Assembly: GCF_031769215.1 (NCBI RefSeq)
Contig: NW_026782264.1
Span: 434,001-498,000 of the forward strand
Direction: 5' to 3'
DNA: 64,000 bases
From: Ylistrum balloti
Taxonomy: Eukaryota
The notes under the pieces were generated by a model. The model was given only the letters and a program-made list of their open reading frames with translations. It did no database searches and was not told where the DNA came from. Below are positions 24,846 through 37,631 of this stretch, in pieces. The stretch's first letter is position 1, and each line of letters starts with the position of its first letter. The translations under genes and the position numbers were made by a program.

Positions 24846-26794
24846 TTTTATGCATACAGCATATCTTCTAATCGAAAGGAACCATCAAATTTCCTACCGA
24901 AGTCGAGAATGTCAGACATTTAGATTCTAAACCTTATTACTTATTACCAAGATTATATTCTAAGATACTGCTACAATTTTAGCACTGAATTCAGTGATGC
25001 AGATGTAAATATAAATAAAAGATAATTCAACAGAAGAAACACGTGGGAGGCATTTTACTGGTGCTGCTTAATCCTGGTGCTTTCCTTTACTTTATGGGGT
25101 AGTTTATGGGACATTGATGTTTAATTTTTTTTCTGGGAGCTTTTAGTTTCCGTCACTTCGACCTGATAATTATGAACATTTCTGTGTGTGCTAAAATAAT
25201 GTATTTAAGTCATCTTGTGATTTTAATACAATCTCCCATTGCTGTCAACAGAGCTACAATTCAGCACTTCGTGGAGTACAAATTATTGTTAGGAAATATA
25301 GTATGATGAATACGTTCGTCGTGTAAGCGATCGCAGCCATTAATATAAGAGAGGAAAATGTTGATCAGACTAGAAGAATTGAGGAAAGCATGGTATTTGT
25401 TTTATCGCTAACTTGCCTGATTAATTATCATGTGTTAACCAGCATGAAATACAATAAAATGATTATCCTTATGACAATGGTTCACTCGCTGGTTTACGTC
25501 ATCACGACGGATGTCAAAGACAACAACGACATAACAAACCAAAGACAAGAGAAACATGGAAGAGGAAATAAAAACTGTTGTCATGGTGACAGGTCAATCC
25601 AGTATCTCGATTAACAAGTAGGAATCCAAACAGAAATATCCTGCAAGGATTCGCAGCCACTTATAATGTAACAGGACGGGGATATCTTATTTTAGTTTCC
25701 ACAGTGCCCTCTGTCGGCAGACGAAGGAGGAACTGAGAGACGTAGTACATCGCTTTATAAAGGACCTTGTTAGTATGTTTAGATATAAATAGCTCATAAG
25801 AGCGTCATAAGCTGATTTCACAACTTACATAAAAGTTAAACTGAATTATCAATTTATTGCAGGTGTTTACGTCTGTGATGATTATAATAGAATATATTAA
25901 TTCCAAACCAACGCTCGCGACATTTTCCTAAGCGTTTGTTCATATCCATGCATTTATCCCATACTTACCTGTAGATGTTTCCCACGTGCGGGTGAGAGAG
26001 GGACTGACGTAGGTATAGATTTCAATCGATAAAGTTTTAAGACATATTTTGGTTAGCATTACCTTCATTAACATAATTCTTCCCAATAAGTCATCAGTTA
26101 AAACATACAACTGTGACAGCGCTTTCCGTATTTCAACAATACTGACGATCGTTAAAGAAGCCATCGTGGCTGAAATTTGTTATCGTCGATCGTTAGCGAT
26201 GGAAATGAAGCCTACTTTAGACCCACGCCGTTTCCGGTCACGTGTGTGCTACTTCCGGAATCAGGATACGTGACTCGAGTTATAATGAAATGCGTTTATG
26301 AATACCGTATGTCTGTGTCGATACAATAACCAGATAAGTATGGCTATGATTTGTATTGATTGGTTCCGGAGGACAGGCTATTGATGATAGGAAACAGCTC
26401 AAAGGATAGACTTTGTTAGGGTAACTTGCTTACATATTTGCCTGAAACGGTCAATGAGTCAAATTAAATAATCATTATCGATAATGAGAGTCATTCCCAT
26501 TCTGAATATCTACCATTAAAATAAATGAGGCAGTTTTGTCGTGTTATGCTTACTATCAATGCTAATTGCAAATAAAACAAACCAAAAACAAAAACAGGTT
26601 TATGTCTTTTTCATCAAAACAGCAAACTGAAAAAGAAAAAGAAATATTGCAAATATTTCTCGAGAAAAAAGAAAATATAACATTGTCAATTTTGATGATA
26701 ACTATCTTAATCATAAAAGAGGTTTTTTTTTTTTTTTTGTTATTTTTGTTTTCTACTATGATTTTATACCTTACTGTTTAAATTGATAAGTGAA

Positions 26795-26935
26795 TATCGT
26801 AGAGTTAGATGATGAATCACACTGTATTGTTCAGCTGTTTCGTCCTTCTAGGATTCATCACAAATACCAAGGATATAAATTGTAACCTAGAAGGCAATAA
26901 AAGAAGTTTTACCGAAAAAAGTAATTAGGCCCCTT
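26795..26935 (-). mobile_element. Degenerate copy of the hammerhead-bearing element
   Basis: Minus strand reads GTGATGA-ATCC-TAGAA-GGAC-GAAA-CAGCTG-AA (26825-26865), with the CATCTAACTCTA terminus. C3 and the cleavage triplet are mutated. Confidence 0.75.
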
Positions 26936-28525
26936 GTATTCACACTAGATCGCTTTCTATTGCGGGAAAACCTTCGATCGATACTCAAAATTATCAAGGT
27001 TATCTCGGAAGGTCCGTGGGACTGTGTTGTGAAGTAAGTCATAGCTTACAATAAAACACCATGCACTGTCCTAATTTTTAATATCAGTTTATACGTATTT
27101 TGTAAAGTTGTTCAGTTTGGAGAAAACACCGTCTCTGTCCGAATCAGAATGCCCTGTAACATCTGACGGTTAGGATCAGTCAGCAATACCGAGGTTAAAT
27201 TCCTGTATTTGAGGTTTAACCTCCGTATTGCCTGTAGCGTCCGCGATCAGCAGGAACTGCCGACGTATTTATAAAATTGCGTCAATACAGGAAGCTCTAT
27301 GATATTTCATCGACTTTATGTCAAGTATACAGAATGAGAAGCAAGTAATTCGATTTCGGTTTGGACGATATAGAAGGCGGTCCGGAGAATCTGTGTTTCT
27401 CAGTATTACATCTCCACAGATTGTTATTGTTATAGAACTGAAAAAATCATAAAACGTACTGGCGATACGATCACGTCTACGAAATGGAAGGCATGGAATC
27501 GGTGGATACAACACAATTGTTATGGAACACTAAATCATGTATAGTCGATTAACCATTTGATACTACAGTAAATGTCCAGTGATATATGTATGTTTGTATA
27601 CCGTCTTTAGCACCGTTTCTATCGTGTGACTGGCCAACATACATTTTACAATTAGTTCCATCTCGTCTTACCTGTATTTAATTTAACGTTGCATCATTAA
27701 AAACACGTTAAAAGGAAAATATAATTAAATAAAAGCTACAATTATATCTGCAACGTTGATCGAGTTTCTCGACGGTCATTATATCAACTGGGACATTAAT
27801 TTCACCACAGTTAGAAGTTAACACATAGGGGACGACTCCAGCACTACCACAAGGTATCAACACAAACACTATATTGGCTTTGCTGTGGTTTTATTTCCAC
27901 TAAGCAGCGTTTCTATCGTTATCCGTGTATCGGTAGGCTCCAACTCTGGTCTTAGGCTAACAATAGCTCTGACAATGAATTCCTGGTAACTAGCCGCTAT
28001 GTATTGATATTATACTGGCTGGCTGTTAGATGTGATATATATTTCTAGGCCTGTTGTTTTCCCTGTCTCCTTACAGAGCCTTGATGCTAATTCTCTGACC
28101 TCGTATATAATCACCGATAGGCTGTACATATGTATATATAACTGGCCATGTAAGGAAACGATTGAAATGAACGACATAGATGACATTGCAATCAATTATG
28201 TATAATTACTTCATGTTTATACATCACAGGTCTATATCATATATTGTGATACACTATATTTGTATATAAGATAAGTATGATATACATAAACAAGAATTGA
28301 AGAAGACTTTCCAAGGACATCACTACGTCTGATGGCTTCTGGGTTCCCCCTGAAGAGATGAAAACCATAGAAAATTCTGCCCTTATACGTATTCAATTGT
28401 ATTACTTATTCCGGAACAAGAAGAACATCTATATCTGTCTATAAACGCACACAACGTACCGAGAGTTCTGAAAAACATACTGGAATCGCCATCTTCCTTA
28501 CAACAGCTTGAGATGGTATTTTGCT

Positions 28526-29545
28526 CTTTATAAAGGACCTTCGGCGTCCATCGGCCGAAGGGATTATCAAGATATCTAAATTTACCCTACCGTTCGAGAT
28601 ATCTAAATTTACCCTACCGTTCGAGATATCTAAATTCCCTACCGTTCGAGATATCTAGATTTACCCTAACGTTCTAGATATCTAAATTTACCCTACCGTT
28701 CGAGATATCTAGATTTACCCTACCGTTCGAGATATCTAAATTTACCCTACCGTTCGAGATATCTAAATTTACCCTACCGTTCGAGATATCTAAATTCCCT
28801 ACCGTTCGAGATATCTAGATTTACCCTAACGTTCTAGATATCTAAATTTACCCTACCGTTCGAGATATCTAGATTTACCCTACCGTTCGAGATATCTAAA
28901 TTTACCCTACCGTTCGAGATATCTAGATTTACCCTACCGTTCGAGATATCTAAATTTACCCTACCGTTCGAGATATCTAGATTTACCCTACCGTTCGAGA
29001 TATCTAAATTTACCCTACCGTTCGAGATATCTAAATTTACCCTACCGTTCGAGATATCTAAATTCCCTACCGCTCGAGATATCTAGATTTACCCTAACGT
29101 TCTAGATATCTAAATTTACCCTACCGTTCGAGATATCTAGATTTACCCTACCGTTCGAGATATCTAAATTTACCCTACCGTTCGAGATATCTAAATTTAC
29201 CCTACCGTTCGAGATATCTAAATTCCCTACCGTTCGAGATATCTAGATTTACCCTAACGTTCTAGATATCTAAATTTACCCTACCGTTCGAGATATCTAG
29301 ATTTACCCTACCGTTCGAGATATCTAAATTTACCCTACCGTTCGAGATATCTAGATTTACCCTACCGTTCGAGATATCTAAATTTACCCTACCGTTCGAG
29401 ATATCTAGATTTACCCTACCGTTCGAGATATCTAAATTTACCCTACCGTTCGAGATATCTAGATTTACCCTACCGTTCGAGATATCTAAATTTACCCGAC
29501 CGTTCGAGATATCTAAATTTACCCTGCCGTTCGAGATTATAGTTT
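28526..29545. repeat. 27-bp minisatellite (~36 copies) flanked by a GC-rich hairpin; possibly a Helitron/Helentron-type non-autonomous element
   Basis: Unit GAGATATCTAAATTTACCCTACCGTTC at 28569-29538, with 25-bp variants. A perfect 8-bp hairpin CCTTCGGC-GTCCATCG-GCCGAAGG lies at 28538-28561 and the palindrome CTTTATAAAG at 28526-28535. Confidence 0.9.
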
Positions 29546-30197
29546 ATAACTTTATATTTGTTTTGTGGTCAATGTATGTGATGTATCTTTTGTAATATTT
29601 TGTGTCTTGATAAATTGGCAATTAACTTGTCTGTACTGTCGTTATTTCTTCATTGATGTTATACCCAACAAAGGATATTTATATACATAAAAATGGACCT
29701 TGTCCAGATAAACAAACAAATAACAATGCATTTATCAATGTTAACTTGACCTTGGTTTTTATCACTACATTATGCAACGTCATTTCCGGTTTATCGACAA
29801 TATTTGTATCGTACTACATAGCTGAGATGAGAGATGGGTCCCGCGGGACCTGTTATTGAAGTCATTACCCTGCTCAAACTAGTAAATACCTCATCTACAC
29901 AACAGGCAGGGAGCTGGCCGTCAGCTCTGTGAAGTCATTTTTGCTGGCCCAATCAGTCTTATTGTGTATACGTTGTATATTAAGACGTATTCATCGGTGA
30001 ATGCCTTATCAGTCAATTTCAAAATATTAACAAACCCTACAGATAGAGAAAGCTTCGGAGAAGGACTCTTGAAGTCTCTAGTATACATCTCGGAATCATA
30101 GATGTGTAGGATGTGCTAATTCTAAACGAATATTACAGAAATTGTACAAAAGACACACAAGTGAATAGTTCAGAGTTATATACAGTGAATTCATCAG

Positions 30198-30377
30198 CAT
30201 CATACAGCTGTTTCGTCCTTCTAAGACTCGTCAGTGATGTTACATCATACAGCTGTTTCGTCCTTCTAGGACTCGTTAGTGATGCTACATCACACAGCTG
30301 TTTCGTCCTTCTAGGACTCGTCAGTGATGTTACATCATACAGCTGTTTCGTCCTTCTAGGAATCGTCAGTGATGCTA
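30198..30377 (-). ncRNA. Head-to-tail array of four 45-nt minimal hammerhead ribozyme units
   Basis: Minus-strand consensus TAGCATCA-CTGACGA-GTCC-TAGAA-GGAC-GAAA-C-AGCT-G-TA|TGATG. It contains the canonical core CUGANGA...GAAA, stem I CAUCA/UGAUG, a 4-bp stem II, a palindromic stem III loop and a GUA site. Units start at 30198, 30243, 30288 and 30333. Confidence 0.92.
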
Positions 30378-30502
30378 AGGGCTTAAATTGGAGCCTTGGA
30401 GTCGACAAAAATCGAATTTAATCGAAGAAAAGTAAAAATGTAGACGGGGAGGTGTAGTAGCCCCATGATTAAATTTCGTTATTTTCATGTATCGGATATA
30501 TC

Positions 30503-30578
30503 GGCCTCGAACCCGCGACCAAGAGGTTGAGGGCGAGTGATAAAGACGGTCAGACGCCTTAACCAGTCGCCACCGCTT
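30503..30578 (-). mobile_element. tRNA-derived SINE head (Pol III A and B boxes)
   Basis: Minus strand reads GCGGTGGCGACTGGTTAAGGCGTCTGAC (A box)...CTTTATCACTCGCCCTCAACCTCTTGGTCGCGGGTTCGAGGCC (B box). Confidence 0.75.
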
Positions 30579-31512
30579 AGGACATGGACTTTTAGATCGC
30601 TTGATTCGCGATATCTTTAGTAGCGCCGATGGGTGTGTTTTGTTAATATGAACAAAAAAAAAAAAAAAAAAGAAAAAAAACCGTTCCACTAATCGCATTA
30701 CTATAACATAAAAATAGTTCTAGTCGAGGGCCTTGAACTCATGTTTCTTGCCCAAAACACTTTATGTAAAAACCTTCTATAAAGACATTAGATTTTTTAA
30801 TGATGTTTTGTCAATTGAGTGACCACATATTGTATTTATTGTGGAAATTTTTCACAAATTCAAAACGTAAAATACGCTTGTGTCGAGGGATTTATATGAC
30901 AGAGACAATGACTTGCAATATCGAAACCTGTACAGTTATAGTACAAAGAGGAAAAGGTTAACGTTTGGATGCACGTATAACTTGACAAGGCAGAAAGGAG
31001 ACGTTGGACAGCAATAATGGACATATCGCCTGAACCGGAACTACTATGGTTGTTTCTGTCAATGCCCGACCTTTATGCTTAACGGAATTAGTCTGAGAGG
31101 GTAATGTATCGTGGACAAATTGACAATAGACACGAGGTTTTTGTCGTGCCCAGAAGCTTTTCCTGGCGCTTTGTGAACACTTATAAATGTCTGCAACTAA
31201 AATGTTGTATGTTATCTCGGGATTTTCCAAGGTAATCCTCAAGTTGTTTTTGTGACGCTAAGTATCAGAGGTTTCTATTTCTTTCTGAAAACAGGATACA
31301 CATTGCTGGCTTACTTTTGAAAGTCTGCTTAGATCACTAAATTTCAAGACCACAAAAAGTGAAAGGATGATCAAACTAATTGGTCTTGATGGTAGACTTC
31401 CGTCGCTCGTTCCTTTATTGCCGACATTCCACATATAAATTTAAGTGAATCCAAACAATCTCATGTTCTCAAAACGTTTATCGGGTGAAAAGCAAGGAAA
31501 CAACCATATATA

Positions 31513-33237
31513 CCAACATCTAACTCATCTACTTGAGATTCCACCAACATCTAACTCATCTACTTGAGAATCCACCAACATCTAACTCATCTACCTCAAA
31601 ATCCACCAACATCTAACTCATCTACCTCAAAATCCACCAACATCTCACTCATCTACTTGATAATCCACCAACATCTAACTCATCTACTTGAGAATCCACC
31701 AACATCTAAGTCATCTACTTGAGAATCCACCAACATCTAACTCATCTACCTCAGAATCCACCAACATCTAACTCATCTACTTGAGAATCCACCAACATCT
31801 CACTCATCTACCTCAGAATACACCAACATCTAACTCATCTACCTCAGAATCCACCAACATCTAACTCATCTACCTCAGAATCCACCAACATCAAAATCAT
31901 CTACTTGAACATCCACCAACATCTTACTCATCTACCTCAAAATCCACCAACATCTCACTCAGCTACTTGAGAATACACCAACATCTAACTCATCTACTGG
32001 AACATTCACCAACATCTAACTCATCTACCTCAGAATCCACCAACATCTAACTCATCTACCTCAGAATCCACCAACATCTAACTCATCTATCTCAGAATCC
32101 ACCAACATCAAAATCATCCACTTGAACATCCACCAACATCTAACTCATCTACCTCAAAATCCACCAACATCTAACTCATCTACCTCAGAATCCACCAACA
32201 TCTAACTCATCTACTTGAGAATCCACCAACATCTAACTCATCTACCTCAGAATCCACCAACATCTCACAGATCTACTTGAGAATCCACCAACATCTCACT
32301 CATCTACTTGAGAATCCACCAACATCTTACTCATCTACTTGAGAATCCACCAACATCTCACTCATCTACTTGAGAATCCACCAACATCTCACAGATCTAC
32401 TTGAGAATCCACCAACATCTAACTCATCTACCTCAAAATCCACCAACATCTCACTCATCTACCTCAGAATCCACCAACATTTAACTCATCTACTTGAAAA
32501 TCCACCAACATCTAACTCATCTACTTGAGAATCCACCAACATCTAACTCATCTACCTCAGAATCCACCAACATCTCACAGATCTACTTGAGAATCCACCA
32601 ACATCTCACTCATCTACTTGAGAATCCACCAACATCTCACTCATCTACTTGTGAATCCACCAACATCTCACTCATCTACTTGAGAATCCACCATCATCTC
32701 ACTCATCTACTGAAACATCCACCAACATTTCACACATCTACTGAAACATCCACCAACATCTCACTCATCTACTTGAGAATCCACCATCATCTCACTCATC
32801 CACTTGAGATTCCACCAATATCTAACTCATCTACTTGTGAATCCACCAACATCTCACTCATCTACTTGTGAATCCACCAACATCTCACTCATCTACTTGA
32901 GAATCTACCATCATCTCACTCATCTACTGAAACATCCACCAACATTTCACACATCTACTGAAACATCCACCAACATCTCACTCATCTACTTGAGAATCCA
33001 CCATCATCTCACTCATCCACTTGAGATTCCACCAATATCTAGCTCATCTACATGAGAATCCACCAACATCTAACTCATCTTCTTGAGAATCCACCAACAT
33101 CTCACTCATCTACCTCAGAATCCACCAACATCTCACTCATCTACTTGAGAATCCACCAACATCTCACTCATCTACTGGAACATCCACCAACATCTCACTC
33201 ATCTACTTGAGAATCCACCAACATCTCACTCATCTAT
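31513..33237. repeat. 31-bp minisatellite, ~56 copies
   Basis: Unit CCAACATCTAACTCATCTACTTGAGAATCCA; 31-bp period seen at 31513 and 31544. The period is not a multiple of 3, so the S/T/P-rich ORFs cycle through frames. Confidence 0.97.
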
Positions 33238-33284
33238 CTGATTATCTCGATACCAGGTCATTTTACTTCACGATTGGCAACAAC

Positions 33285-33420
33285 TACAGAAATAAGAAGG
33301 TAATGTCACGTTTGTAACTAAGAACAAGGTTAACAGCAACAGAACCACAAGGCCTACTAACTACTTCAAGTCGCACCAGAATTATAGTCCTAATGATATC
33401 ACGGTGATGATAATAGGATA
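33285..33420 (-). mobile_element. Naiad-type PLE 3'UTR fragment
   Basis: AGGTAATGTCACGTTTGTAACTAAGAACAAGGTTAACAGCAACAGAACC matches 20493-20540. Confidence 0.6.
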
Positions 33421-35945
33421 CGCCAATCTATTGTGATATTTTAAATAATTCTTTTGGTTGTTGTCGTATTGAGCAAAGTCAATGTAAGGATTTTGCCGCG
33501 ATCTCTACTGTGATGTTCGTTTTACCCATTACTAATTTTAGAATAAATCTGAAGAATGTAGAAAGATGTGAACTTAATATAGAAAACATTGTTTCGTATA
33601 GCGACTGTTGACATTGTATATAAAACACGCTTGTGAATAGCATCTTTCAAAACAAATTGATAATAAGGAGAACTAAATAATGAAAGTAAACCTTCAGTTA
33701 TATAGTCAATTCGTCCCTCCAGGACAGAGAGGTGCTAGTTAAAGTTTTCTTTCAAACTGACCTGTAGGTCGTATTTCCTTATCTAGGTAGAGGTTTGCTT
33801 GGGTCTATGTCCACTTCAGTTAATTCACGCAACTGTTCTGAAAAGGGAATATGTTTTGGTTTTCAGTATTTATAATTTATAAAAATAAATAAATCATGTT
33901 TAGTTATGTACTTGCATGGTCGATATTCTTATTTTGCAACAGAAAAAAATTGCTAGAATCATTGTGTGTGATGATATATTACAAAGTTAGACGAATCTAC
34001 AATGATGTATGTACCGGTGAGTATCCCGGCACTTTCTAGACGTGTCAAATTGATAACCATGTCTCCATGCTCTTCAGACCAGTTGACAGCTAATGTTTTT
34101 TATGATTTCTATTCCATTTAGCCTAAGTGTTACTAACACGTCCGGCCCAATCATGTCAACACGTACATATACTTCGTGAAACAGCTAGATACATTTCAGT
34201 TTGATTTGCTACTCTATAAAACAAGTCGGTCCCTTTAAAATAACAGAAATCTGAACTGTATTTGGTACCAGAAATAAAAACATATAATGTTATGCTGACT
34301 TTACGTAATTCCACTATATTCAGTTATACGGCTGCTTAGGGAACCATCATCGAAAGAACAGAAGGAAGAGATCACACGAGTCACAATCAATGTGTAGGAT
34401 AGATCACACCATATCTGTTGTTCCTCCGCACTATATAGTGGACTTCTGCCGATTCTATAGGGGGTGTCACATTAGTTGCCTCACACTATGACATTGAGTC
34501 TGTGACAAAAAATCTGTTTTCCCCAATCCAATAGAGAAATACATTCGACAATATTTCACTGCCAGAACAGTTTTCACCAGTGAATAAGATCAAAAGTATC
34601 TAGTATTCAATAGCTAACTATATCTTTATAAATGAACATAAGGGTTTGTGTGGATAAATCGCAAGCTGATGATGTACAGATAACACACAGACAAATTCTT
34701 TATCAGTCAAACATTCGATATCGTCAGTCGGAACCCCGAAAATAAACAGTAATTACTTAGGGGGGAGGGGCTGGGGTTATAAAGTCTAATTTAGGATTAG
34801 AAGGAGGAAGCTGTTGTTTGATGCAGTTTAATTTTTTGTTTGGCTCTACTCTGTCTTACTCTGAATGTTTGTACTAAATGGTGTGATTCACTAGTGTGTT
34901 TTTGTACTATCTAAGATGTGATTTCCAACACACGCCAAAGATCAGAAATATTTATCCTTTGTGTGTAGTTGTATTATAAGGTATAATGCATCGTAATGCC
35001 CACGACACAGAAAGACAATGATAATCCTTGTTAAGTAGTTATTATCGATTTTTTTATACGCTTATTTGACACAAGGGACACATCAACATAGAAAAAAACA
35101 ATAACAGATCAGCGCTCCATCCCACACTACCACAAGGAGGTCATTGAGGTCAAGATGGAACTCTGGATCAGATCGACGGTCGAATTGATGTAACACCCCG
35201 TACACACTACAAAACACAAGGATGGGTAATTATAGAATCAAACGTCCGGCCATTAGAACACAGATACACCATCTAAGCACTTAAATACTTAATACAATGT
35301 ATTACAGTATAACATCTAACAGATCAGTTATCAGACCACAAACATGGTCAGCAGTTGTTGATATTCTACTAAGTGGTTGATTGAACAATAATGATCTGCG
35401 AAGTATGTGCTTAAAATATATGTTTCGCTTCACATCTAATGTAATTATATGTAAGCACAACCTGCTCCTTGTCGACACTGATCCGTCTGTCAGACTTCAC
35501 GACAAAATACACTGGTTAAAGAGACGGCAGCATTTAACACGTCACGTCTAGCTAGACTAGTCAGTCAGTTTGCGTTAAGAATTTGATTAGAAAAGCCATC
35601 CATTTGTATTGGTCTGTCTGGTGTGGTTGATGAGTCTTGATATATAGAAACAAAAAGACGCTAAGTGATTGGTATATAAAAAACACGATTCAGTTTCACT
35701 AAATCACATAGCAGCCAACGACTCCACAAAGGCTTGGGTATCACTTTCATGCTGCTTCGTTTTGAAATCTGATGTTCGTGTCATGGACGTTTCGCCATTA
35801 CGCTAAGATACAGCAACATCACTGGTATTTTAACCTGGATGACGGCTGTATCACACATTTATAACTTCACAGATTCTGGGCTACATTTAGCCGTCGACAG
35901 ACTCTCCAGACGAGAGAAAATGAAATTGTCAGTATCAATCAAGAT

Positions 35946-36055
35946 ACGGAAACATCCGATCTTAGTGTGGATCACGGAAACATCCGATCTTAGTGTGGAT
36001 CACGGAAACATCCGATCTTAGTGTGGATCACGGAAACATCCAATCTTAGTGTGTA
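35946..36055. repeat. 28-bp tandem repeat x4
   Basis: Unit ACGGAAACATCCGATCTTAGTGTGGATC at 35946, 35974, 36002 and 36030. Confidence 0.95.
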
Positions 36056-37631
36056 TTCATTTTGGCTAGAAATGTATCTGATACAACTTATATCTACATA
36101 TCTATTATAGATTTGCTATTTTGCTTCAATCATCGTTTATATTCCTATCGTCTTTCAATAAAAAAAATCATACTCATCTCCTTGTGTGACCATGGCATAT
36201 CGTATACTCGTTCTAATACATCCAAAGCAATACTGATTTTCCCAGAATACCACCAACTTCCGGTGGAAAATAGACATGCCTGCATTAGTGATACTGTACA
36301 ACCACTTTGTTCCAATTCCTCGAGTCGAATGAACTGACTTTAAACTCTGGGTGTTCTCCGCAGACAAATAGACGAATCTTCAAAAACCATTACAGTTATC
36401 TTGTTAAGTACAAACGGTTCAACTACAAACATGAATGCAGTCTTCTTCTGGATAAATGGACCATTCAGAAGTTACGGACAGATGGACCGACATCAAACAA
36501 CATCAGTGTTGTCTTTCATTTGACAAATAGACCGAATTTCATTTTTATTTCACTATGTTATATTTCCATATTGTTTTTTAATGAATGATTCCACTATGAA
36601 CAGCTACAATGGCAAGCTAGTTAGACTTGTAAATAAACCACAAAGACTCAATATGAATTGAAATTGGCCGTTTTTATTGACGACGTATATATATATAAAT
36701 GTACATATGTAAACTCTCAATGAATGTACATCATATACCAAATTTTCTTGTTTACAATGTTATGAAAAACATTAAACAAGTCTAAGATTGGGGTCAGAAA
36801 ACGCCCCTCGATAAAAGTACATCAAAATACAATTGTTAAGTGAAACAATGAATGGAAAAAACAGGCAAGCAACGAGCCTTTAATGAGGGAAAGTAACCCC
36901 ACTATTGAAGACATATCCAAAAAGATATACAACATGTAATAATTACTGGCTTAACCGCATGTAAGAAAAGAAACTTCAGTTCATGACAAAGTCATAAGAT
37001 AAGCAAATAAGAATTATTCATTTAACCACTATAGGAAAATAAAAAGTAGGCCATAACAATGTCAAAAAGTATGCAACAACTACTAGGTATTTATTATGTA
37101 ACCAACAGACAAAACAAGTACAACAAAATGACGGGAGGACCGCAGGGGGAGGAGGTGGGAAAAGGAATTCAAATGTCAATAAACTTTGACAGCAAGTCAT
37201 ATAAATAAAAGATGCCACTGACCTTGTTCCTCCATAATGTCCGAAAGGTCTCTGACCAGTGGTGGTCAGTGCCCTTTCCTTATATAGCGTGCTAAAAATG
37301 GCACCAAATAACTGCATCCCTGGACCCTATCACCTCCTTCCAAACGGTCAACATCCGCTGATATATAACGTAACCACAAACATTATATAATTCCCCCTAT
37401 AAACTTAGTCAACATAACAAAGAAATAAAATAAATGTGGAACATTCATAAATGACATTAAACCCATGATTTAATAAGTATTTAACTAATTATATTGATGT
37501 GCCTTCATATAACCTGTTTGTCTGCTAGATTTATCGTGCCTTGAATGGTCAGGGTAGGTTGAGGAGAGTCTCAGTAATAGCTGGTGGCTACCTCATGGAA
37601 CAACATACCGGATGCCCGTCGCATGCCATCA

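Noticed and set aside
25390-25768. Signal-peptide-like ORF 25390..25614 and a 64-nt candidate exon 25705-25768 (ALCRQTKEELRDVVHRFIKDL)
   Set aside because: No recognisable homology, a weak donor and no linkable neighbouring exons; unsupported without RNA data.
25961-25971. ATACTTACCTG equals the 5' end of U1 snRNA
   Set aside because: The downstream sequence shows no U1 stem-loops or Sm site; it is simply the complement of a consensus splice donor.
30113-30421. ORFs 30113..30421 (+) and 30133..30408 (-)
   Set aside because: They are incidental translations of the 45-bp hammerhead array; the information is at the RNA-structure level.
32494-33055. Mucin-like S/T/P/H-rich ORFs
   Set aside because: The 31-bp period is not a multiple of 3, so the peptide cycles through frames and is interrupted by stops; this is non-coding satellite.
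35661-35710. ATTGG plus TATATAAA plus TCAGTT core-promoter-like cluster
   Set aside because: The TATA-to-Inr spacing (~19 nt) is too short, and such motifs are frequent in AT-rich DNA.
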